Below are positions 1 to 8,700 of a stretch of DNA of 11,823 bases, in pieces. Below the pieces are notes generated by a model. It did not search any database, had not been told where the DNA came from, and saw nothing but the letters and a program-made list of their open reading frames with translations. The stretch comes from Candidatus Hermodarchaeota archaeon. Its GTDB lineage: Archaea > Asgardarchaeota > Heimdallarchaeia > Hodarchaeales > Hodarchaeaceae. Each line of letters opens with the position of its first letter. The stretch's first letter is position 1. The stretch lies in contig JBHLKY010000045.1 in the NCBI GenBank assembly GCA_048886185.1, positions 1 through 11,823 of the forward strand. The letters run 5' to 3'. The position numbers were made by a program, and so were the translations under genes.

Positions 1-213
1 GAAATTCTTGGGATTAAGATTATGCCAACAGATATTGACAGGAATGATGGAGAATTAGTAAAACCATTGATCGACTTGATAGTTTATATAAGAGAGGATT
101 TACGGAGTGTAGAAATGTATTCACTTTCTGATAGAATTCGAGAAAAACTCATGGAATTGGGCATTGTTCTTGAAGATAAACCAACAGGTACGGTCTGGAA
201 AACTTCATTGTAG
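1..213 (+). CDS. cysS: Cysteinyl-tRNA synthetase, C-terminal (anticodon-binding) end; gene truncated by the window start
   Basis: Frame 1 is open from base 1 (EILGIKIMPTD...), so the ATG at 22 is internal. The C-terminus SDRIREKLMELGIVLEDKPTGTVWK matches the CysRS terminal consensus (A/S)DxIRxxLxxxGIxLEDxxxGTxW. Confidence 0.88.
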   Translation, partial: EILGIKIMPTDIDRNDGELVKPLIDLIVYIREDLRSVEMYSLSDRIREKLMELGIVLEDKPTGTVWKTSL

Positions 214-330
214 TTATCCAAGTGTATGTTTTCAATAAAGACATAGAAAATCAAGGTAAAATCTGCTGTATTCATAATAATTCTTTTAAATTCGTTTCTG
301 ACTTAAGAATTTTTCTTTTATAGATAAAGA

Positions 331-344
331 AAGCTATTTATATT
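331..344 (+). promoter_or_regulatory. Candidate archaeal BRE/TATA promoter for the surface-protein gene
   Basis: TTTATA at 337-342 follows a purine-rich stretch (AGAAAGC), about 90 nt upstream of ATG 432. The region is AT-rich, so a chance match is possible. Confidence 0.3.
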
Positions 345-415
345 TGAAATCTGCTTAATTTTACACGATTTGTATCTTTTTATGAATGAATTGAAATTCA
401 GGTATAGAATAATAA

Positions 416-420
416 GGGAG
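416..420 (+). promoter_or_regulatory. Shine-Dalgarno-like motif
   Basis: GGGAG ending 11 nt before ATG 432. Confidence 0.4.
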
Positions 421-431
421 AAATTGAGAAT

Positions 432-3020
432 ATGAAAAGAAAAATAATACTTATTTCAATTATGTTTTTTCTTCTAATAAGCTTATATACTGCAAATGGA
501 GTGATTATGAAGCCAGCTTTCAAATTACAGCTGGAACAGTCATATCAAGTAACTGCCATTCCTTTCAACTGGTTTGACATTACTAACACAGGTACCCACT
601 TAATTTTGGGTGATGATGATTATACCACAGTTAGTTTACCTTTTGATTTTCCTTTCTATGATGCATCATTTGATACAGCCTTAGTTAGTAGTAACGGATA
701 TTTAACATTTAACACAAGCACTTTTCCGACCTCGACAGTTGGTAACATCCCACAAAACTACTACACATATCTCATCGCATTATTCTGGAGAGATTTGTAT
801 CCTGATGATGGATATGGTGGTGGAGGGGTGTATTACCAGTCCTTTGGTAGTTATTTCGTTATCCAATATGATAATATCTCAACCTGCTGTATTGGTGAAT
901 TAGCAGGGGATTTTGAAGTCATTTTACACGATACTGGATTAATCCAAATGTTCTATGACAATATGACTACAACTGGCACAATTGGAGTGGATAGGGGAAA
1001 CTATGAAGATTATACCACCTATTCTGATCCTACAAGTGGAACAGGAATTGAATTCTCACCTAACATAGGGGTATCGATAACTTCAGATCCGTATTATTAT
1101 GAGTCTGACACAAGTTACACATTAACTTGGGTTGTACAGGGTGGTGTTTCCATTGACTATTTTGAGGTTTTTATGAACGATGTTTCCCAAGGAACTATAA
1201 CTTATTCATACATGGACTTACCAGTTTCCCCATATAATAGTTATAACCTCACAGTAGTGCTGCACGCCACTGATCTCTCAATCTATCGTGATCAAATATT
1301 TCTCATTATACAAGAACCTCTCACGCAATATTTTGTTAAACAAACTATGTTTGATTGGATTGACATAAGAAGCACTGGAAACCATCTTTCTCTTAGTGAT
1401 GATTCCTCTCAAACAGTCTCATTACCATTCCCCTTCCCATTCTTTGACGACACATTCTCAGAGGTTTCAATCAGTAGCAATGGATTTTTAACATTTGATA
1501 TAACTTCTAATCCTACCCAGACTAGCGGTGAGATCCCCCAAGATCAATTTCCATACCTTATCGCCTTATTCTGGCGTGATTTGTATCCCGATGATGGATA
1601 TGGTGGTGGGGGGGTGTATTACCAGTCCTTTGGTAGTTACTTCGTTATCCAATATGATAATATCTCAACCTGCTGTAGTGGTGAATCAGCAGGGGATTTT
1701 GAAGTCATTTTACACGATATCGGATTAATACAGATGTTTTATAAAAATATGGTTTATCCAGATGGAATAATTGGTGTCGATAAAGGGGATATGGTTTATT
1801 ATACAACATACTCATTTAAGCCTTCAGTTAATGAATTAGGTATTGAGTTTACGAGAGGTCCAGGAATTTCCATAATTTCACCTATATATTATGAAGAAAC
1901 TGAAACCAGCTACACATTAGAATGGTCCCCTATGAACACAAAGGACATTTTACATTACGAAGTTTTTATCGGAGGAATATCCCTAGGAACAACTACAGCC
2001 ACGTCAATAATAATAACTGTTTCTTCCCCAAACTCTTATAATGTTACAGTTGTTCTATATACCACCGAGTCATCCTATCGAGATCAAATTCATCTCTCAG
2101 CGCTAAAATCAATTGTGTCTGGGTTACACACCGGTGCTTACTTAACTTACAGATTTGAATATACAAGTGATCAATATTACAATGAATACCAGTATATGAT
2201 ATATACAGCTACGATCATGGAGGAAATTTCTCCAAATCATTGGTTAGTTAATATTGAGTATTCTGTGTATAATGAATCTTCAATTGATCCGATTGACACA
2301 TATTCAGTCGAAGAAGAATTGGATGCCGCCTTTTTAACTGGAAATACGCTCTTTTGGAGTAACGCTCACCTTTTAAATGTCGGTGACTCGTTTATGGGAC
2401 TTGGAGGAACAGCAATAATTGTTGGCGAAAAAACAATTGATATTCCTGAGATGGGTGTTAGTTTCCTATGTTGGCAAGCGGAAATATCAATGGGAGTCGA
2501 ACTTCCACAAGGTTTTGCATACTTCGATAAAATTACTGGCGTATTTATTTCATTAGAAACACCTAACTATCTGAACGGAAGACTAATAGATTTTATTTAT
2601 CCTTTCGTTCAAGTCAATGATCCTCCATATCTCTCAATAAGAGAACCTGATGACGGAGACACATTTGATACCAACACGATTGAGGTTGAGGTTACAGCTA
2701 CAGATGATAAACCAGGTTTGAGAGTTGAAGTCCAACTTGATGAGGAGGATTGGGAACTTATGACCAAAATAAGCGACACTCGCTGGAGTTATACTTTCAC
2801 AGATGTGAGCGAAGGAGACCACACAATTCAGGTGAGAGCTACGGATAGCGATGGAATTCAGGTTACGAAATCTGTTTCATTTACCATAGGTGCTAAGGAA
2901 ACTAGTTATACCAGAGAAAAAGATGAAATTCCTTCTATTTCCCCAGGATTTGAATTTAGTTTGCTTTTTATTAGCTTAATTTCAATATTCTTCTATTATA
3001 AACGCAGAAAATCCTCATAA
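432..3020 (+). CDS. Cell-surface (glyco)protein: signal peptide, 2x [NIDO-like + FN3/Ig-like unit], an uncharacterised beta-rich domain, an Ig-like domain, and a PGF-CTERM-like membrane anchor
   Basis: N-terminal MKRK followed by a hydrophobic stretch. Twice LPFxFPF(Y/F)D..SSNG(Y/F)LTF..IALFWRDL (NIDO-like). Ig-like segment NDPP..VTATDD..EGDHTIQVRATDSDG at 2616-2888. C-terminal PGF (2943-2951) + hydrophobic helix + KRRKSS. Several N-x-S/T sequons (NTS, NIS x2, NMT, NLT, NVT, NES). Confidence 0.85.
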   Translation: MKRKIILISIMFFLLISLYTANGVIMKPAFKLQLEQSYQVTAIPFNWFDITNTGTHLILGDDDYTTVSLPFDFPFYDASFDTALVSSNGYLTFNTSTFPTSTVGNIPQNYYTYLIALFWRDLYPDDGYGGGGVYYQSFGSYFVIQYDNISTCCIGELAGDFEVILHDTGLIQMFYDNMTTTGTIGVDRGNYEDYTTYSDPTSGTGIEFSPNIGVSITSDPYYYESDTSYTLTWVVQGGVSIDYFEVFMNDVSQGTITYSYMDLPVSPYNSYNLTVVLHATDLSIYRDQIFLIIQEPLTQYFVKQTMFDWIDIRSTGNHLSLSDDSSQTVSLPFPFPFFDDTFSEVSISSNGFLTFDITSNPTQTSGEIPQDQFPYLIALFWRDLYPDDGYGGGGVYYQSFGSYFVIQYDNISTCCSGESAGDFEVILHDIGLIQMFYKNMVYPDGIIGVDKGDMVYYTTYSFKPSVNELGIEFTRGPGISIISPIYYEETETSYTLEWSPMNTKDILHYEVFIGGISLGTTTATSIIITVSSPNSYNVTVVLYTTESSYRDQIHLSALKSIVSGLHTGAYLTYRFEYTSDQYYNEYQYMIYTATIMEEISPNHWLVNIEYSVYNESSIDPIDTYSVEEELDAAFLTGNTLFWSNAHLLNVGDSFMGLGGTAIIVGEKTIDIPEMGVSFLCWQAEISMGVELPQGFAYFDKITGVFISLETPNYLNGRLIDFIYPFVQVNDPPYLSIREPDDGDTFDTNTIEVEVTATDDKPGLRVEVQLDEEDWELMTKISDTRWSYTFTDVSEGDHTIQVRATDSDGIQVTKSVSFTIGAKETSYTREKDEIPSISPGFEFSLLFISLISIFFYYKRRKSS
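780..956 (+). repeat. High-identity core of the duplication, copy 1 (pairs with 1566-1742)
   Basis: 12 mismatches in 177 nt (93%) against 1566-1742, counted by hand. Confidence 0.95.
1566..1742 (+). repeat. High-identity core of the duplication, copy 2 (pairs with 780-956)
   Basis: Same alignment as copy 1. Confidence 0.95.
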
Positions 3021-3060
3021 CATCTAAAGATTTCAATTTATAAGAACTGGGACATTCTTC

Positions 3061-3080
3061 CCCCTTTTTTTTCTTTTTTA
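3061..3080 (+). terminator. Oligo-T archaeal-type terminator candidate after the surface-protein gene
   Basis: CCCC-T8-C-T6 begins 40 nt after the stop at 3020. CCCTTTTT (3062-3069) could also pair with AAAAAGGG (3101-3108). Confidence 0.5.
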
Positions 3081-3213
3081 TTTCTCTCATCACCTAATAT
3101 AAAAAGGGACATTATTTTTCATCGAAAATAGCTTTTTACGATTAATTCTCAAATGTGAAATCACAATTTGATTTACTTGAAACAATACATATTCAGATGT
3201 TTTAAACTCAAAT

Positions 3214-4887
3214 ATGGAGCTCATTATGATGCACGAGGATGAGAAACTGAGAAATTATTTTGAGGAACAATTTGAAATTGAAATGGACCACAATCCAATT
3301 GCAGCAACTTTTTTCGGTTACAAACATGAAAAATACGATCATCTCTTACCTAACGGAACACTTAAGGCTAAGGAAGATGATATGATACGCTTATTGCAAC
3401 AAAAAAGATTATTAGAAACAGAAATCGATTATAACAAGCTTTCTGAGGAAGGAAAATTAGATTATGATCTATTAGAGTATTTTCTTGATTCCCAACATTT
3501 TCATATCAACGAACTTGCTCTTTGGAAAGGGGGACAAGATCCCTTTTTGGGAAGTCCTATAGGAGCTGTAGCAACTTCAATTTATTTACTCTATTCTAGA
3601 GACTTTGCTCCTCTAGCTATACGAATTGAATGCATTATTGAAAGATTAAAGGCGACAGAACAATTTTTAGAAGAAACAAAATCAATTTGGATTTGGCCTG
3701 TTAAGCTTTGGGCTGAACTTACCTTGGAGGAAGGTCCTAGAACTATTGGCTTTCTACAGTTAATACAACATACAGTTGAGCCAATTATTGAGACGGAACT
3801 AAACCAAAAATTAGCAAAAGAAATTAAAAACGCTAGCAAAGCATTAACCAAATATGTTGATTGGATTAACAACGAAATATTACCAAGAGCACATCATAAT
3901 TGGGCAATAGGCAGTCAAAAATTTGGTAGACTGCTTGAATTAAGAAAGCTAGGCAAATCCCCTGATGAAATCTTGAAAATCGGAGAAAAAGCTCTGGCAG
4001 ATACTAAAAAAGAACTTGAAGAATTAGCAAAGAAGCTCTATCCAGGTAAATCGGTTAATGAAGTAAGAGAGATTCTTAAGGAAAACCATCCTCCAACTTT
4101 TGAGATGGTTCTAGAACATGTACGGGAACTTACTCAGGATGCACGTGAATTTATCCGAAAAGAAAACTTAATGACCATACCAGAAGGAGAAGAGTTACAG
4201 GTGCTCCCTACACCTTCCTTTCTTATCCCTATTATTCCCTTTGCAGCTTATAATAGTCCGGAAAAGTTTTCAGATGATCAAATTGGCCAATACATTGTAA
4301 CTCCCATCGAAGGACGTGAAGAGATGTTAAAAGAACACTCTTATGCTTCCTGCAAAAACACTGCGGTTCATGAGGGCTATCCTGGCCATCACTTACAACT
4401 AACAGCAGCAAATCTGCAACCAAATCTTATAAGAACTATTGTTCAAGGAAATGAAACAGTTGAAGGATGGGCTCACTATTGTGAGCAATTAATGGCAGAA
4501 AAAGGATTTTTAGGTAAAGAAGAAGTATTTATTCAGTTAGTGGACCAATTATGGCGAGCTGTTCGAATTATTGTTGATGTAAAGTTACATACAGGGCGAA
4601 TGACATTTGAGGAAGCAAAAGATTTCATGATTGAAGAAATTGGGATGGACAAACACGCAGTTCTTGCAGAGCTAAAGCGATACACATTTACACCAGGATA
4701 TCAACTAAGCTATCTTTATGGGAAATTCTTACTACTAGATCTGCGTGATTATGTAAGAGGAAAATTAGGGGAAAAATATTCAGATCAATTCTTCCACAAC
4801 ACAATCTTGGAGAGTGGGGGAATTCCAATACACTTTTTGAAACGTTTATTTGATATTCGTATTATTAAAATCCTAAATGAAAAATAG
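3214..4887 (+). CDS. DUF885 family protein (zincin-like, putative metallopeptidase fold), apparently cytoplasmic
   Basis: Family motifs PIxATFFG..YDxxLP, AVHEGYPGHHLQ, EGWAHYCE, QLWRAVRIIVDVKLH and RYTFTPGYQLSYLYGK. The true start may be ATG 3226 or 3229, since GGAG at 3216-3219 could be their SD. No signal or lipoprotein peptide. Confidence 0.88.
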   Translation: MELIMMHEDEKLRNYFEEQFEIEMDHNPIAATFFGYKHEKYDHLLPNGTLKAKEDDMIRLLQQKRLLETEIDYNKLSEEGKLDYDLLEYFLDSQHFHINELALWKGGQDPFLGSPIGAVATSIYLLYSRDFAPLAIRIECIIERLKATEQFLEETKSIWIWPVKLWAELTLEEGPRTIGFLQLIQHTVEPIIETELNQKLAKEIKNASKALTKYVDWINNEILPRAHHNWAIGSQKFGRLLELRKLGKSPDEILKIGEKALADTKKELEELAKKLYPGKSVNEVREILKENHPPTFEMVLEHVRELTQDAREFIRKENLMTIPEGEELQVLPTPSFLIPIIPFAAYNSPEKFSDDQIGQYIVTPIEGREEMLKEHSYASCKNTAVHEGYPGHHLQLTAANLQPNLIRTIVQGNETVEGWAHYCEQLMAEKGFLGKEEVFIQLVDQLWRAVRIIVDVKLHTGRMTFEEAKDFMIEEIGMDKHAVLAELKRYTFTPGYQLSYLYGKFLLLDLRDYVRGKLGEKYSDQFFHNTILESGGIPIHFLKRLFDIRIIKILNEK

Positions 4888-4955
4888 TGTAAAAAAATAT
4901 AAGTTATTGAACATCTTAAGAAATTGATTGATGCGTCTGAAAGGATGAGCATTTG

Positions 4956-5708
4956 ATGTTGTTTTCACAAAGGGATGTACAACGTGTAGCTGAGATCCTC
5001 ATAAATTCAAAATACCTAGTTGTCTTTACTGGTGCAGGAATATCAACAGAATCAGGATTACCAGATTATAGGGGGCCAAATGGGGTTTGGACTCTTCGAG
5101 AGAAAGGACTTAAACCAAAATTACCCAAGAAACCAATTTATCTCATTGAACCTAATCCTGGCCATTTTGCTATTCTAAATTTATATGAGATTGGATTATT
5201 AAAATACCTTATCTCTCAAAATGTTGATAATCTTCATATTAAGTCAGGAATTCCTTCTGACATTCTTGCTGAACTCCATGGAAATTCTAGTAAGATGAAA
5301 TGTCTTGTTTGTGACTCTCGATTTTTAAAAGAAGAGTTAGGATGGAGGGATCATATTCACGGGAAGGGATACAGGACGGAAAAACCGATGTTGAATCAAC
5401 CAAAATGTCCTCACTGTGAAGGAAGGATTATTTCCTCTGTAGTTAATTTTAATGATCCTATGCCTGAAAAAGAGATGGAAGAATCTGAAAAACACTCTAG
5501 AATGTGTGATGTCATGTTAGTTGTTGGTTCTTCTTTGAGTGTATTTCCTGCTGCAAATTTTCCAATTATTGCTAAGGAATCTGGTGCTATTCTTATAATC
5601 ATCAATGTCGGAAGAACTCAATTGGATGGATTAGCTGATGTTCGTATTGAGGCTAAATCTGGTGAATTTTTACCATTAGTGATCGACAAGATAAAATCTA
5701 TTAGTTAA
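4956..5708 (+). CDS. NAD+-dependent protein deacylase, Sir2/sirtuin family, class IV (SIRT6/7)-like
   Basis: GAGISTESGLPDYRG, SQNVDNLH, catalytic ELHGN, Zn ribbon CLVC...CPHC, GSSLSVFPAA, and a C-terminal IIN..T.LD..ADVRI motif. The ORF track starts at TTG 4953; ATG 4956 is preferred (AAGGA about 10 nt upstream). Confidence 0.93.
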   Translation: MLFSQRDVQRVAEILINSKYLVVFTGAGISTESGLPDYRGPNGVWTLREKGLKPKLPKKPIYLIEPNPGHFAILNLYEIGLLKYLISQNVDNLHIKSGIPSDILAELHGNSSKMKCLVCDSRFLKEELGWRDHIHGKGYRTEKPMLNQPKCPHCEGRIISSVVNFNDPMPEKEMEESEKHSRMCDVMLVVGSSLSVFPAANFPIIAKESGAILIIINVGRTQLDGLADVRIEAKSGEFLPLVIDKIKSIS

Positions 5709-8700
5709 TTTCTTTCAACTATCGTCTTAACAAGTGGATTGGCCTTGATCTGATCGATTCGTATTCTTAAGTTATTATTCTTTATCAATGAAGAATAAGT
5801 TTCCTCAATTATGTCTAAATTCTCCAGTTCAAAAGCCTCTTTCTGAGATTTGTCTGTAGTGTTTAACTCATTTTCTAACTGTTCCAAAGAATTAAGTATA
5901 TGCCATTGATCATATTCAATGGGAGTGAGCTTTTTTGATATGATTTCAATCAGAGGAATAACACCATTTTCATCGAGTTGTTTCATAAAATAGATCTCGA
6001 ATACAAGTGAGTCAGCGATCTCTTCCTCAAAATAGTTGATTAAATGCTTAAGGAACACTGTCTTTCTTTCACAAGATCTGAGAAATAGTATATATTCAGC
6101 GATAGAGGATAATATATTTATTCCCTCTAAAGCAGAAGGAATAGGAAAATATCCTAATGGCTCGCCAAATAATTCAAGATGCCTTCCTTTTCGTTTTCCC
6201 ATCCAATATAACCAGAAATAAGCAAAACTTGAGTTTAAGATTATTAAAAGACTTTTTAGTTTCTTTCTATCATTATTTTTGGATAATATATAGTACACAT
6301 CTTGAGCTGCAAACCAATCACATGAATTGTACGCGAAAGTATTTTGTACACTCCTTTGTGGAGTAACTATCTTTGGGGAGGTAAAAATATTTTGTGTACG
6401 AGGACGATTTATGTATGGTGGATTATCCAATGAATATTCTAATATTTTCTGAAACTTTTCAAGGTGTAGTTTTATCTTTGGAACTTGGTTCAAATTTTCT
6501 AAGGTTCTATTCACATATAAAATTCTTTTAAACGTTTTTAAATTTGTAGTATATTTATTAATGTCTGAATTCTTGTAAAAAGGTTTTAAATACATTTTTT
6601 CATCATAAGAAAATGATTCAATTACCTCCCAGTCTTTAGAATTTTGTTGATTCAGAATAAATACACCCATACCATTCCATTCATTAGGTAATCCAAACTT
6701 TCTTATTTGCTGCCTCGTTATCTTATTGAGACCAGTTACAATACCTTCTTTAACATAAAAATTGCTTGCTTTTAACATTGTTGAGTTTTTAGTAACATTC
6801 TCAATGATTTCTCTAATCTTTTTAGGAAAAAAATGAAAATAGTGATCCCAGCCTTCAATGATCAATTTTGACTGGGCAGCTTCGAAAATGTGCTGATCAG
6901 CTAGTTTTTGAATGAGATCTGATCCTCGTGGATATGTTTTTTCATATAAAGCACAAGAAATGCTATTATTCGGTTCTTTCTTCTTTTTCAGAATGATGAT
7001 GTTTGTATGTACTCCTTGAGCCGTACCAAATACCTTATTCTCTCCAAAATTGATATATCGTACGATAAAGGTGTTTAATAAAAGTCGACTTCTTAATTTT
7101 GCAGCCCCAGAGGCCGTAATCCAATAACTTGAAGAAATCATTGAAGAAAATGCTTGAGAAGTCATTAAATCCAAACTTCTATGCAAGAAGAAGTACCATA
7201 AATCCATTTTTCCCTCATAATACTCTTTTAACGCTTTAGCATAAGTTCTGAAAAGCAACTTGTTTCCGCTTTCACCGAGATAAGGTGGGTTGGTAATAAT
7301 TATATCAAAACCTCCGTCCTCCAAAAAGATTTCGGGAAAACCACAACTCCAATGAAATGTTTTGACATTCATAAGTTTTTTTGAGTCAATATTATATTCT
7401 GAAGAAAACATTCCGTCTAACTTGACATTTAATAAACTCTCTATTCTAATTAGGAGGTTCTGTATCTGTAGGAAAAATGGAGAATGCAAAGAACTGATTA
7501 ATATTTGATGTATTTTCCTTTTTGTTCCTAGAATCTTCCTAATTTCATTCTGAGTTATTTCCCTCTTTATAAGAACTTGATTGAGTTCTTCTAACTCTTT
7601 TCCAAGATCTCCACTGATGTTTAAGGCAATCGATGCTTTCCGTAAATATTTACGTAATGGATAATCTACTTTAATTGGTTCAAAAGAATCAATTAATTCT
7701 AATAGAAAAGAGTCAAGCTTTTTTTGTTTCGTCAACTGAGACTTTTCAGCTTGGATATACCCCAGAAGGGAGTTCCCCTCCTTTAAATTAGAAAAAAAAT
7801 AAGGAAGATTGCTGAAGGGATCCTTTGTAACATTATAGAAGTGAATTAGGTTTAGAAAAAGCCTTGCTTTGGCTATATTCAGGACATTAGGATTTATATC
7901 GACGCCATAAACATTTTTTGTTAGTATCAAGTTCATGGTAATTGAGAATTTAAAGTTAAATTCATCAGAAATTTCTAAAAGGTTAAGGGTACGAAAATTG
8001 CCAGTTTCATCTGCTAGGGTTATCTTAATACCCTCTTTAAGATTAATCTTTTTTGCCTCCCTCCAAATTTTCACATAAATCTCCATGAGAATTATTATGG
8101 CACTTTCTAGGAAATGAGCAGTACCAACTGCAGGATCTAGGATTCTGATCTGCTGTAAGATATTTAATAGAGATGTGATAATCCTTAGATCAGATGACAT
8201 AAGGATGGTATCTACTGATGAGTATTTTGTTCCATATTTAGTATTTATTCTGTCAAGAAGATAAGATTCTATGGTTGTTCTGCATAAATAGTTCGTGACC
8301 GATTCAGGTGTATAATAGGCTCCCGATCTCTTCTTCTCGATTTGAGCAATTAGATTCTCATATAATCCACCTAATGTGAAGCCATTAAATACTCCCCCAC
8401 TGTTTTCAAGGAAATTTAAAAGTGGTGGACCAGTATTATCAATTATAGATAACTCTCTAGCCTTCCTTTTATAATAAAAGCACTTATCTGGTATAGATAT
8501 CGTTTTTAAATCAGGTTCAACTTTGAAGAAGATAGCTGGTCTTGGAACTACTATTTTTCCTAAATGTTCATCTTCGAAATAAGTCTCATCCAAATGATCA
8601 TTGAGCTTCTTTAAGAAATAGATTAGGAATTTAAAATAGTTATCAGTCCTATAGGAAGATGAACTCAGTTGAGATTCTTTGAATTTTTTTAAAAAGTAAT

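Larger units (their letters stand above)
543..2096 (+). repeat. Intragenic tandem duplication of a ~260-aa unit (copy 1 ~543-1304, copy 2 ~1329-2096)
   Basis: Ungapped alignment at an offset of 786 nt (262 codons) over the N-terminal part of the unit. Both units end in YRDQI(F/H)L. The first 75 aa are 38/75 identical by my count. Confidence 0.95.

Noticed and set aside
84-275. 63-aa minus-strand ORF
   Set aside because: Antisense to the cysS end, with no recognisable motifs.
780-1742. Diversity-generating retroelement template/variable repeat pair
   Set aside because: The mismatches are not adenine-specific on either strand (copy 1 bases: a,a,t,a,t,t,t,c,t,c,a,c). Most are synonymous, both copies are in-frame coding, and there is no reverse transcriptase in the window.
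3049-3113. Direct repeat GGGACATT at 3049-3056 and 3106-3113 as a mini-CRISPR or target-site duplication
   Set aside because: Only two 8-bp copies, and nothing element-like lies between them apart from the T-tract.
1528-4423. Short alternative ORFs 1528-1728(+), 2634-2822(-), 3591-3872(-), 4232-4423(-)
   Set aside because: All lie wholly inside well-supported long genes and have no family features; they are expected shadow ORFs.
4956-5708. Sir2 as an anti-phage NADase (Thoeris, DSR or pAgo-associated type) beside the methylases
   Set aside because: It retains the Zn ribbon, the GAGIS/QNVD/HG deacylase motifs and single-domain length. Defence SIR2 domains lack the Zn module and are usually fused or paired with sensors, none of which is present.
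5411-6366. Short ORFs 5411-5605(-), 6036-6221(+), 6157-6366(+)
   Set aside because: Antisense shadows of the sirtuin and the MTase, with no supporting signals.
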